DNA of 26,234 bases, from the IMG/VR virus record IMGVR_UViG_3300031454_000254, positions 1 to 26,234 of that record; one strand, given 5' to 3'. This stretch comes from a virus. Lineage: Duplodnaviria > Caudoviricetes. The notes under the pieces were generated by a model. The model had not been told where the DNA came from. It ran no database searches and saw only the letters and a program-made list of their open reading frames with translations. A program made the position numbers and the translations under genes. Positions 8,353-16,919 of this stretch are shown in pieces. Numbering within the stretch: position 1 is the stretch's first letter; the number at the start of each line of letters is the position of its first letter.

Positions 8353-8919
8353 TTAGTCGGTCAAGCGCACCGTGTGGCGACCCGTGATGATGGCGATGGC
8401 GAATTGGACGAGCAGCTCCGTGTGCGACTTGACCCCTCGGTATCGGCACTTCGGGAGCCGGCAGTCGAGCGCTATCCGGGGCACGTGCACCGTGTTCTCA
8501 CCCAGCACTTCTGGGAAGTCGTGCTCCGGGCACAGGGGGTTGGGGTGCGCGACCAGTGCAGGGCATCCGGGTTCGGCACAGACAGTGCGCCAACTCGTCG
8601 TCCCCCAGGTGGCAGGCGCCGCCACAACCAGTGCTCTCTCGACGTGCCCGGTCCCGTTCTCGGTGGCCGCGAGGTAGAGATGCCAATTGCCGTCGATCTC
8701 GATGGTGACCCTCACGAGCGGATGACCCTCCGGGCAGACGAAGGATCGCGCCGGTGGCCGAATGTGGACGTAGGGACGGGCACCGTCTCGCGTCTTCCCG
8801 ATGAATCGCTCGATGAACGGCGGGTAGTCGTACAGGGCTCGTTCGACCTCGGCCGCCGTGCGGTGGTGGAGGTCGTACCACTCTTGTGGCGTGCTGCCCG
8901 TGTTGCGAAGCATCCTCAC
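8353..8919 (-). CDS. Cys/His-rich hypothetical protein coupled to integrase
   Basis: GTG 8919 overlaps integrase TGA (alternative ATG 8913); CPEGH, CAEPGC, CPEH, CRLPKC motifs. Confidence 0.6.
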   Translation of the reverse strand: MRMLRNTGSTPQEWYDLHHRTAAEVERALYDYPPFIERFIGKTRDGARPYVHIRPPARSFVCPEGHPLVRVTIEIDGNWHLYLAATENGTGHVERALVVAAPATWGTTSWRTVCAEPGCPALVAHPNPLCPEHDFPEVLGENTVHVPRIALDCRLPKCRYRGVKSHTELLVQFAIAIITGRHTVRLTD

Positions 8920-10286
8920 GCCTTCCATTCGATGGTGATGCGGTCGAGGTCGACCCGCCCGCCGGCCCGCCGGGCCGGTGCAACGCTCACGGCTTCGATG
9001 ATGGCGGCGATGATGGTGCGGCGGTGGTCGACACCGAGGTCGGCCCAGTGTCGACGTAGGGCGCCCTTCACCCGGTACGCGTCGAGCGGTGTGGCTCGGG
9101 CGGCGACCCGTTCCTCGGCGGCGACGCGGCGAGCTTCGAGGGCCCTGCGGGCGGTTGCCCATTCGCCTCGGCCAATTTCTGCGGCGGCGAACATCTCGGC
9201 GAGCTCGTCGAGCCGACGGTGCACGGCGGCGAGGTCGTCCCGGGGGTCCTCGTCCTCGTCAGTCGAGGTGACGACAGCGGCGGCGAGGTCGTCGTTGTCG
9301 AGGGCGGCGAACACGGTCTCGACGATCAGGTCCTCCACCGGCTCGGCCTTGATCGTCGTGCCGTCGCAGCCCCCATGGCTGCTGAGGCACGCGTAGGCGC
9401 GGCCGTAGGGGCGGGGGGCGGCGACCATGGCGGCACCACACCGGCCGCACCGCAGGAGCCCCCCGGAGAGGAGGTACGAGCGGGCGGGGCGCGTGCGGGC
9501 TCGTGAACGGCTGCGGATGACGTGGCCCACGGACTCCCACGTCTCCCGGTCGATGATGGGCGCCCACACGGCGGGGAACGTCTCCCCGTCATGGGTGCGG
9601 AGCCCTGCCACGCGAGGCGACAAGAGCAGGGTCCGCAGGTGCGTGGTGGTCCACTTGGCGCCGGTCACGGTGGGCACCCCGCGGGCGGTCCAATCGTTCA
9701 CGATGGCGTACAGCGACTCGCCCGCAAGTACGCGGCGGGCGGCGTCACCGATGAGACGGGCTTCGCCGGGGTCGTGCGTGGTCCTGTCGGCACGGAACCC
9801 GAACGGTCGGTTTCCTCCACCGGACACGCGTCCCTGCTCGGCGAGCTCGCGATGCTTGCGGCGAAGCCGGCGCGACTTGTCTTCGGATTCCTTGCGTGCC
9901 ACGGCTCCCGTGATCCTCGCCATCAGCCGACCCTCGGGGGTCCCCAGGTCCACGTCTCCGGCAGTCACGGTAGCGACCTGGACCCGGTGGGCTTCGACCA
10001 CCTCGACGAACCGTTCGAGTTCGATGGGAGAGCGGTGGAGTCGGTCGGGGTGCCACGCGACGAGCACGTCGATCTTGTCGTGCTCGATGAGGTCCAACAG
10101 CCGGGCGTAGCCGGGCCGGTGCTTGCCGCTGTAGGCGGACAAGTCGTTGTCGACGAGAAAGTCGGCCACCTCCCATCCGCGCCGCTTACAGAGGGCCACG
10201 CAGTCCTGCCGCTGGCGCTCGACCCCGGCGCCGGTCCCCTCGGTGTCGCGTGAGATGCGGCTGTAGATGACGACGTGGGGAGGCAT
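8916..10286 (-). CDS. large serine recombinase (integrase of element 1)
   Basis: YSRIS catalytic motif, DNDLSA, RPGY, DRLHR, recombinase domain PFGF, zinc ribbon CGRCG..C..C, coiled coil. Confidence 0.96.
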   Translation of the reverse strand: MPPHVVIYSRISRDTEGTGAGVERQRQDCVALCKRRGWEVADFLVDNDLSAYSGKHRPGYARLLDLIEHDKIDVLVAWHPDRLHRSPIELERFVEVVEAHRVQVATVTAGDVDLGTPEGRLMARITGAVARKESEDKSRRLRRKHRELAEQGRVSGGGNRPFGFRADRTTHDPGEARLIGDAARRVLAGESLYAIVNDWTARGVPTVTGAKWTTTHLRTLLLSPRVAGLRTHDGETFPAVWAPIIDRETWESVGHVIRSRSRARTRPARSYLLSGGLLRCGRCGAAMVAAPRPYGRAYACLSSHGGCDGTTIKAEPVEDLIVETVFAALDNDDLAAAVVTSTDEDEDPRDDLAAVHRRLDELAEMFAAAEIGRGEWATARRALEARRVAAEERVAARATPLDAYRVKGALRRHWADLGVDHRRTIIAAIIEAVSVAPARRAGGRVDLDRITIEWKA

Positions 10287-10301
10287 AGCGTCAGATTACC
10301 A
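10287..10301 (-). promoter_or_regulatory. putative leaderless integrase promoter (extended -10)
   Basis: TGG-TAATCT on minus strand, 6 nt before ATG 10286; same geometry in element 2. Confidence 0.5.
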
Positions 10302-10310
10302 CAAGGCTCT

Positions 10311-10784
10311 CGACGCCATCTTCGTCAAGCGCCATGCGGCGGCGTCCGGCTACCACGACGAGGTCTTCCACGACGACGAGCACGTCGTGCGCACCCTCAC
10401 CAAGATCCTCGACGACGCCACCGGATCGCACCGGAAGCTCGACGCCTCCCAGGGGCTCCAGGACGCACAGCTCGACAACGGGTCGCGCCTGCACATCGTC
10501 CACGGCGACGTCGGACGTGACGGCCACGTGCTCGTGAACATCAGGAAGTTCACCGGCGTGGCCTTCCGGAGCCTGGCGGACCTCGTCGACCGGGACATGC
10601 TCAGCACGGCCGCCAGCTCGTTCCTCCGAGCGGCCGTCCGGTCCCGCCAGTCGATCGTCTTCGCTGGTGCCCCCGGCTCGGGCAAGACCACGATGCTGTC
10701 GTGCTGCTCGGCCGAGCTCGACCCGTCGCTCCGCGTGGTCACGGCCGAGGAGGTCTTCGAGGTCGACATCCCGCTCCCGAACGT
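10311..10784 (+). pseudogene. cpaF: internal fragment of CpaF/TadA pilus assembly ATPase, between elements 1 and 2
   Basis: DAIFVKR..DAQLDNGSRLH..NIRKF..Walker A GAPGSGKTT..Asp box VVTAEEVFE; no N-terminus; breaks after PLPNV. Confidence 0.92.
10774..10784 (+). repeat. left att site core of element 2
   Basis: CTCCCGAACGT, identical to 20980-20990, exactly where cpaF breaks. Confidence 0.92.
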
Positions 10785-10804
10785 CTTGGTAGGTGCATGA
10801 GCCA

Positions 10805-10861
10805 CGGTGGCCCGGCGCTCGACCTCGGCCATGCCAGGCGGGGGGAGCGTCCGGGCCACCG
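10805..10861 (-). terminator. long stem-loop after head operon of element 2
   Basis: cggtggcccgg-cgctc ... gagcg-t-ccgggccaccg. Confidence 0.55.
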
Positions 10862-10864
10862 GAG

Positions 10865-11188
10865 CTAGGCGGCGCGCCGCCGGTAGCGGTGGAGGACGGC
10901 CAGCTCGGGCAACGTCCAGCCTTCGAGGGTGCCGTAGCGGATCGCGTAGTCCCCGATCGACTCCGTGACGTTGTGCGTGGGGTTCTTCACGAGCCGGGCG
11001 GTGGCGGTGACGATCACGGCGGCCACGTCGGCTACCGGGTCCCCCGTCGTCGCGTCGAACCCCCGACCGCCGGTGTAGGCGCGCACGAACGCGGTCACGA
11101 GGGGAAGGTGGGTGTCGGCCAGGTCGGCCACGGTCAGGTCGTCGCGTTGGCCGAGGAAGTCGGCCACGTCTGTCCCGTAAGGGGTCAC
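10865..11188 (-). CDS. head-tail connector/adaptor protein
   Basis: 107 aa from GTG 11188; close homolog of 507-836. Confidence 0.75.
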   Translation of the reverse strand: MTPYGTDVADFLGQRDDLTVADLADTHLPLVTAFVRAYTGGRGFDATTGDPVADVAAVIVTATARLVKNPTHNVTESIGDYAIRYGTLEGWTLPELAVLHRYRRRAA

Positions 11189-11190
11189 GG

Positions 11191-12063
11191 TCAGATGGTG
11201 ATGCCGGTGAGGGTGACGACGGCCTCGGGGTTGAGGGGTGCGGCGTCGTAGCGGGCCACGACACGGATCGCCTGCTGGTCGTAGTCGCCGAACGTCTGGT
11301 CGAGGATCTTCACGGACGGCGCAAGGTCCCGGGCGACGGCGATCTGTGAGAAGTCGACGAGGGCGGCCCGGCCGGTCGGCGTCGCGCCGGTCGTGGCCGG
11401 CAGGCGGTTCGTGATCGTGACGCCATGGCCGAGGAGGCGGTACGCGCCGCCCTCCGTGGGGTCGGGCTGGATGAGGTACCGGCCGGTCGTGTCCTTCGCC
11501 TTGCGGAGCCGGACGAAGTCGCGGGAGGTCATCAGCCACCGGACGCGGGTCGGGTCGACGTTGGCGGCGAGCACGAGCCCTTCGGCGTCCTGGAGGTGGT
11601 CGAGGGTGAGCGCCCCGCCGACGGCGAGGGTCTGGGTGCCGGGGTAGGCGAACAGCCCTCGCGGCGTGGTGATCCCGTCGCCCGACGCGGAGAGGAACTG
11701 GGCGTCGAGCTTCGCTGCCACGTCCGAGACGAGGCGGGTGCGGAGGGCGGCGTCGAGGGCGACGACGGACTGGCGGGCCAGCTCGTTCGAGTAGCGGGTG
11801 AGGACCTTGACCGACTTCATGGTCGAGGGGAGGAGGGTCACCTCGTCGAAGGTGACGTCACGCTCGGGGATGAGTTCGTTCTCGCCGGTCCAGCCGGGGT
11901 CGGCGACGGCGGCGCCCATCTTCGGGAGGCGCAGCGGGCCCGCCGTGTCGAAGATGTGAGGGCCGGCGGCGAGGAAGACGGAGGCGGCGGCGAGGGGCTG
12001 CACGAGGACCGCGGAGACTTGCTCGGCGGTCAGCTCGGATGCGGTGACGGTGGATACGGCCAT
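11191..12063 (-). CDS. major capsid protein (HK97 fold)
   Basis: 290 aa, 5 substitutions versus 839-1711. Confidence 0.93.
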   Translation of the reverse strand: MAVSTVTASELTAEQVSAVLVQPLAAASVFLAAGPHIFDTAGPLRLPKMGAAVADPGWTGENELIPERDVTFDEVTLLPSTMKSVKVLTRYSNELARQSVVALDAALRTRLVSDVAAKLDAQFLSASGDGITTPRGLFAYPGTQTLAVGGALTLDHLQDAEGLVLAANVDPTRVRWLMTSRDFVRLRKAKDTTGRYLIQPDPTEGGAYRLLGHGVTITNRLPATTGATPTGRAALVDFSQIAVARDLAPSVKILDQTFGDYDQQAIRVVARYDAAPLNPEAVVTLTGITI

Positions 12064-12201
12064 GAGGGCGCCTTTCGATCGTGGGAGTGTTCACACGTTG
12101 GGCGCCCGGCCCGTCCGTCAGCCGGCCGCCAGGGCCGTCTACCTACAGCATACCCCCCGGGGGTGACAGCGGGTTCGGCACCGGGGCGCAAGTCGGTGGG
12201 T

Positions 12202-12510
12202 GAGGCCGTGCCATCAAGGCGATAGGTGAGGCCGCCGGGCTAACCCATGGGTTAGTCCGGGTGACCGAGCGCGAGGCCCGTGCCATCAAGGCGATAGGTG
12301 AGGCCGCCGGTGTCTCAGATCTGAGACACGTGCCGGTGTGCAATACGTTGCACACGACATCACCATTCGCGAGATCGCCGATGCTGCCGGTGTGTCGCCC
12401 ATGGGTGACATCGCGGGTTCCACCAAGGTGGAAATCACCGAACGGGAAGCCCGGGACATCAAGCCTCATCTCCAGCAGGTCACCGAGATGGTGCGTGAAG
12501 CGCATGGAGA
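12202..12510 (+). repeat. array of five variable ~18-bp palindromes with semi-conserved coding-like flanks; includes an exact 33-bp direct repeat (12206-12238, 12278-12310)
   Basis: palindromes at 12239, 12311, 12337, 12393 and 12417; four follow GCCGG, the fifth follows GCGG. Confidence 0.85.
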
Positions 12511-12565
12511 ACGACCACAGCCTCCGGTCAGGGTGCGACGGGCACGACGTCCCGGTGCCGAGGTC

Positions 12566-13015
12566 TTAGCTGGCGCGCGCCCGGAGGATGGCCGCCAGGT
12601 TGGCGGGGTCGTCCGTGCGGGTGGCACCTTGGCCGATGTCGCCATGGGGTCGGCGGCGGGCGAGGTGGGGGCGTTGGGCGACGAGGGCGCGGGCGGCGGT
12701 GACGATCCTGTCGGCATCGGGGTAGCCGTCCTCGTCGAGCACGTCGGCCTCGTCGGTGAACATGAGGAGGTCGGCGGGGTCGGCGAGGTGGTCGGCGGCA
12801 GCGGAGCGGATCGTTGTCTCCACGAGGCGGCGGTGCAGCTCGTCGACCCGCCCGGCCCGCTGGCGGTAGCGGGCGGACTCGTCGCGGAGCTGTTGCACGT
12901 AGCTGCGGGGGAAGGTGTCCGGCTCGGTCGTCTCGTCGCCGGCCCCCTCGGTTGTCTCCTCCCTGGTCGTCTCCTCGGCGGCGTCGTCGGTCGTCGGGTC
13001 GTCGTGTTCGGCCAT
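12566..13015 (-). CDS. capsid scaffolding protein
   Basis: ATG 13015 with AAGGAG RBS; homolog of 2321-2794. Confidence 0.8.
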   Translation of the reverse strand: MAEHDDPTTDDAAEETTREETTEGAGDETTEPDTFPRSYVQQLRDESARYRQRAGRVDELHRRLVETTIRSAAADHLADPADLLMFTDEADVLDEDGYPDADRIVTAARALVAQRPHLARRRPHGDIGQGATRTDDPANLAAILRARAS

Positions 13016-13026
13016 GGCGTGCTCCT

Positions 13027-13563
13027 TCATCGGATGGTGGGGATCGGGGTGCAGGTGCAGCCCTTGTGCGTGGGCATCGGGTGGTCGGCTCGGAACACGC
13101 GCCCGCCGCGGGCCCACCACTGGCAGAGCTGGCACGCCTTGGCCGACAACCCGCGGGTCCAGCCGGTGACGTGGGGCGAGGCGCTCATCCCGGTGCTGTA
13201 GGCGTTCGCCGCGGCGGTGAGCGGTTCGGACCGGCCAAGGCGCGCAACACGAGCCGACGGGTCCGGGGTGTCGTCGAGGGCCTCCCGTAGCGTCCTGGCG
13301 GCCCGCCGGAGCCGGTCGGGGTCGGATGCCGGGGGGACGATGCCGAGGGGCGCCACGGGACGTCTGAGGGCCACGGTGACAGCGGCGGCGAGTCCGAGGT
13401 CGGCCACCGCCGCGGCTCGACCGTTGGCTCGGGAGACGACGGCGGCGAGGTAGGCGTCGAACCCGTCGTCAGTCACCTCCCCGGCCTCGTGGCGCAGGTA
13501 CAGGTTGACGGCTGCTTCCTCGGTGGCGCCGGCCAGGGCGGTGAGGGTGTCCCGGTAGGTCAC
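13027..13563 (-). CDS. minor head / MuF-like protein
   Basis: homolog of 2803-3339; ACQLC..HKGCTC. Confidence 0.72.
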   Translation of the reverse strand: MTYRDTLTALAGATEEAAVNLYLRHEAGEVTDDGFDAYLAAVVSRANGRAAAVADLGLAAAVTVALRRPVAPLGIVPPASDPDRLRRAARTLREALDDTPDPSARVARLGRSEPLTAAANAYSTGMSASPHVTGWTRGLSAKACQLCQWWARGGRVFRADHPMPTHKGCTCTPIPTIR

Positions 13564-14891
13564 GGCAGGAGGTCCGCCAGGTTCACGCCGGCCGCGTCGA
13601 GGGCTTCACCGCGCCGGGCGGCTCGCACCCGTTCGATCTGCGCGGGGGTGTAGCCGAGCTGGGCGAGGGCTTCGCTCACGGGGAGGATGCCGGCGGCCAC
13701 GAGCTTCGAGGCGGCGTCCGCCGTCTGTGCGGGGGTCCGGGTCTCCGGGTTGTCCCAGACGGTCTCGATGTCGATGTCGATGCCGGCCGGGTCGGTCCCG
13801 TCGCGGACGGCGACAATGAGGCGGGCCACGTCTCCCCACGCCTGGCCGAAGGTGCGTTGCCTGGCGATGGCACGAGCGACGAGGGATGCTTCGGCGGACC
13901 GGATCGCGTCCGCACTCGGCGGCTGGTCTCCGTTGAGCCCGAGGTAGTGGGCGGGGAGCCCGGTCACCGCGCCGATCTGCTGAGTGATGACCGCGGCGAG
14001 GTCCGAGTAACCGTCGAGGCGGGTGGCGTCGAACTGCCCGAACTTGGTCTCGGGCGACTCGGATTGCCAGACACGGCCCAGCTCGTCACTGAACGGGTTC
14101 ACGGGTTGGCCGGCGGCGTCCTCGAGGATCTCGAGCCCGGTGACCCACCGGCGGGGCCGGGCGTAGAACTCGCTCGTGACCATGGCGTCGGACATGACCT
14201 TGTTGAGTGCGTCGGCGAGGTCGAGCACGTCCGCCATCTCGGAGACGCCATCGACGTCGAGGAGGCGGCCCCGGTTCACGATCGGGACCACCGGGACCGT
14301 GCCGAGCGGGTTGGGGATCGTCTCGACCACGTGCCAGCCGGTGAGGGGGATGGCGCCGGCCTCCACGACGTTGGATTCGGAGGTGTACCGCCGGATCACG
14401 TCGGGCTCATAGACGACGGCGTGCGCCTTCCCGCCGGCCGCCCAGCGCTTCACGGCCGCGGTGACCTGTCGGGAGGCGGGGTCGTGGGCGACGGCGACCT
14501 GACGGGCCGACTCGACGGTGACCCGAGGGCCGGTGGGCCCGGCCCACACGATCACGAATGAGCGGCCGTAGACGAGGGCGTCGACGTGGGCTTGCCCGGC
14601 GCCGTCCTCCATCCCGTTCGCACGCCACGAGCGCCACAGGGCGGCGTCAGGGGCGGCGTCGGGGCCTTCGGTGCGGAACCCGGTCACGGTCAACCTCTCC
14701 GCCAACGAGAGGACCGCCAACCGCGGGTAGTTGACGGCGAGGACGCGGAGCCGGTCGGCCAGCGCGGCACGGGCGGTGGGTGCGAGGAAGGCGGCGGGTT
14801 GCTCTCCCCGGAAGTAGGCGTCGAGCCGGGCCAGGGTGGGGACGGCCTCGTCGATCTTGGCGCCGAGGGTTGCGAGGTGTGCGGTGCTCAT
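13560..14891 (-). CDS. phage portal protein (SPP1 gp6-like)
   Basis: 443 aa; homolog of 3336-4661. Confidence 0.92.
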   Translation of the reverse strand: MSTAHLATLGAKIDEAVPTLARLDAYFRGEQPAAFLAPTARAALADRLRVLAVNYPRLAVLSLAERLTVTGFRTEGPDAAPDAALWRSWRANGMEDGAGQAHVDALVYGRSFVIVWAGPTGPRVTVESARQVAVAHDPASRQVTAAVKRWAAGGKAHAVVYEPDVIRRYTSESNVVEAGAIPLTGWHVVETIPNPLGTVPVVPIVNRGRLLDVDGVSEMADVLDLADALNKVMSDAMVTSEFYARPRRWVTGLEILEDAAGQPVNPFSDELGRVWQSESPETKFGQFDATRLDGYSDLAAVITQQIGAVTGLPAHYLGLNGDQPPSADAIRSAEASLVARAIARQRTFGQAWGDVARLIVAVRDGTDPAGIDIDIETVWDNPETRTPAQTADAASKLVAAGILPVSEALAQLGYTPAQIERVRAARRGEALDAAGVNLADLLP

Positions 14892-16348
14892 CGGAAGGTG
14901 ACCACCTTTCTGCCGGTGGTGCGGCGGTTGGCGTGCCAGGCGGCACGATCGAAGGCGACGATGGCGGCGACGGCCGCGTCGATCTTGCGGGGGCTGTTCC
15001 GCTTGTCCTTAGACACGAGGTCGCCGAGGGCGGTCGACTTCGCGACGCAGTGCGCCACGTGTGCCGACAGGCGCTCGTCTCCGTCGTGGGTGAGGGTCCC
15101 GGCGGTGACCGCCGCGAACATGCGGTCGGTGGCTGGGGCCATGCGCTGGGCGGCGGCGGTGTTCCATTCGAGGACGCGGCGTTCCCCGTGTCGTTTCGCC
15201 CACGTCTCGATCTCGGTCCGCCACCCCCACGGGTCGGCGGCCAGCTCGATCACGTCGTACTGGTCGAACATGGCGTCGACCGTGGCGTCGACCTCGTGGC
15301 GCGGGACCCTCCACCGGGGGTCTCCGTCGTTGGCCCACACGTCGACGACGAACACGAACCCGTCGATCGTGCAGCCGACGAGGGCGGTCGAGTCCCCGGA
15401 GGCGGAGCCGTCGAAGGCGGCGACGATCCGTTCCCCCGGCCCCGCAATGCGGGCCCGGTCGGCGCAGGTGTCCCACGTCCCCCACGGGAGCCACGAGTCA
15501 GCCTGGCCGACCCATTGGCCGAGCCGGAACCGTCGGAACGCCGGCTCCCTCGTCGTCTTCACAGTCGCCCGGAGCGCGTCGACGTGCAGGAAATCGCCCA
15601 ACGCTGGGTTGGCGACCTTCCAGGCGTCCTCGTCGTCCACGGCGCAACCGTCGGGGGCGGCGAACTCCCGGTAGACGAACCCGTCGTCGTTGCCGGCGCG
15701 AGCGTGCTCCACCAGACGCCACATGATCGACTCAGGGGTGTCGGCCGGTGTCGAGATGGCGAGCGTGAGCGAACGGTCCCGCTTGCCCGCCGCTGAGGTG
15801 ACGGCCTCCCACACGGCCTCGGTGACCACGTGCAGCTCGTCGACCACCATCAGCGTCGGGTCCCACCCCTGCAACGCGCCCGGCTCGGCGGGGAGGGTCC
15901 GCAGCTCAGAGTCGGTGTGGGGGACGTACAGCCGGTCCTGGTACACCTGCACCTGCTCCGCGAGACGCGGTTCGAGCTCGACCATGCGGCGCACCGCCCG
16001 GAACACGTGCCCCGCCTGCCGTTCGTCCGACGCAACGATGCACACCTGAGCGCCCTCCACCTCATCGGCGAAGAGCCCGTACGCGCCGAGCACAGCGGCG
16101 AGTCCCGTCTTCCCGTTCCCCCGCGGCATCGACAACAGCCCTTGGCGGGGGCGGGGACCCTCCGGGTACAGGGCCGCCACCAGGTCGAGCTGCCAGTCGC
16201 GGAGCCGGAACGGTTCCCTCGCACCCGTCCCCTTCGGGACCCTCAGGTACTCCGCGGCGAACGCGTCCACCCGACGCCACCCCGGGCCAGGAAGGGCCGA
16301 GAAGTCCAACGGCGGGGCCGTAACCGCCCGCTTCGGGCCGCCCTTCAC
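14888..16348 (-). CDS. terL: terminase large subunit
   Basis: GTG 16348 overlapping HNH stop; PRGNGKT, VVDELH, KIDAAVA. Confidence 0.94.
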   Translation of the reverse strand: MKGGPKRAVTAPPLDFSALPGPGWRRVDAFAAEYLRVPKGTGAREPFRLRDWQLDLVAALYPEGPRPRQGLLSMPRGNGKTGLAAVLGAYGLFADEVEGAQVCIVASDERQAGHVFRAVRRMVELEPRLAEQVQVYQDRLYVPHTDSELRTLPAEPGALQGWDPTLMVVDELHVVTEAVWEAVTSAAGKRDRSLTLAISTPADTPESIMWRLVEHARAGNDDGFVYREFAAPDGCAVDDEDAWKVANPALGDFLHVDALRATVKTTREPAFRRFRLGQWVGQADSWLPWGTWDTCADRARIAGPGERIVAAFDGSASGDSTALVGCTIDGFVFVVDVWANDGDPRWRVPRHEVDATVDAMFDQYDVIELAADPWGWRTEIETWAKRHGERRVLEWNTAAAQRMAPATDRMFAAVTAGTLTHDGDERLSAHVAHCVAKSTALGDLVSKDKRNSPRKIDAAVAAIVAFDRAAWHANRRTTGRKVVTFR

Positions 16349-16743
16349 CCTGTCCCCCCCGACAGTGACCGGGATTCTGCCTTCCCCCACGGGTCCCGGC
16401 GCTGGTCGTGAGGGTCATCCCCCGTGGGTCGTGCGGCGCCGGCGGCTCGGTTGCACGGTCCGCACAACACCTGCACGTCTTCGAGGCGCACGGCCAGCCC
16501 GGCTTCGTGGCGTTCCCAGGCGGCGGGGGTGTGGTCGGTCTGGAGGTCGTCGGTGGCGCCGCAGTGGAGGCACCAGGGCTGGAGGCGGCGGGCTCGCTTG
16601 CTGAGCCGATCCCAGGAGGTCGAGTAGCCGCGAATGCGTGCGCTCGGCTTCGCGTCGTGGCGTGCTTCGAAGGTGCGAGCGCACGTCCAGCAGCGCGTCT
16701 CCTCGCTCGGTTCTCCGCACGACAGGCAGGGTCGGAGGGTCAC
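16345..16743 (-). CDS. HNH endonuclease (packaging-associated)
   Basis: RGYSTSW, WCLHCG..DLQTDH..CGPCN. Confidence 0.85.
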   Translation of the reverse strand: MTLRPCLSCGEPSEETRCWTCARTFEARHDAKPSARIRGYSTSWDRLSKRARRLQPWCLHCGATDDLQTDHTPAAWERHEAGLAVRLEDVQVLCGPCNRAAGAARPTGDDPHDQRRDPWGKAESRSLSGGTG

Positions 16744-16919
16744 TGGTCGCCCTCCTGCTTCGGCAGGAACGCGAGCGCGACTTCACGGGCGCCGGTCACG
16801 GGCCAGACGGGGCAGGTGTCGGAGTGATCGACCTCGATGCTGAGGGTCCTGCCGCGCCACACCTCGTGGATGGTCGAGTTGCAGTCGTCGCACTTGAGCC
16901 ATGCACCGCGGTTGGTCAC
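16740..16919 (-). CDS. 59-aa putative zinc-binding protein (absent from ORF track)
   Basis: MTNRGAWLKCDDCNSTIHEVWRGRTLSIEVDHSDTCPVWPVTGAREVALAFLPKQEGDQ; GTGA overlaps on both sides. Confidence 0.7.
   Translation of the reverse strand: MTNRGAWLKCDDCNSTIHEVWRGRTLSIEVDHSDTCPVWPVTGAREVALAFLPKQEGDQ

Larger units (their letters stand above)
1..10310 (-). mobile_element. Element 1: integrated tail-less capsid-encoding phage satellite-like element (left end outside window), inserted in cpaF/tadA
   Basis: integrase-RDF-helicase-HNH-TerL-portal-minor head-scaffold-capsid-connector run; cpaF coding sequence resumes ~25 bp upstream of the integrase start; the 5' part of cpaF is not in the window. Confidence 0.85.

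Noticed and set aside
10267-10800. Intact 177-aa gene starting at ATG 10267
   Set aside because: The start lies inside the antisense integrase gene; the product is an internal CpaF piece lacking Walker B
12202-12510. CRISPR array
   Set aside because: The palindromes are the variable part, unit length is irregular, only two exact 33-bp repeats exist, and there are no cas genes in the window
12143-13201. ORFs 12143-12505(-), 12261-12569(+) and 12338-13201(+) as real genes
   Set aside because: They are read-throughs of the cassette array in different frames; the longest runs antisense through the scaffold gene
13764-13782. (TCGATG)3 microrepeat in the portal gene as a phase-variation tract
   Set aside because: In-frame 6-bp slippage adding two residues; cannot switch the frame
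447-16743. Assembly duplication of one element
   Set aside because: The copies differ by many synonymous changes and indels and have different integrase, helicase and cargo
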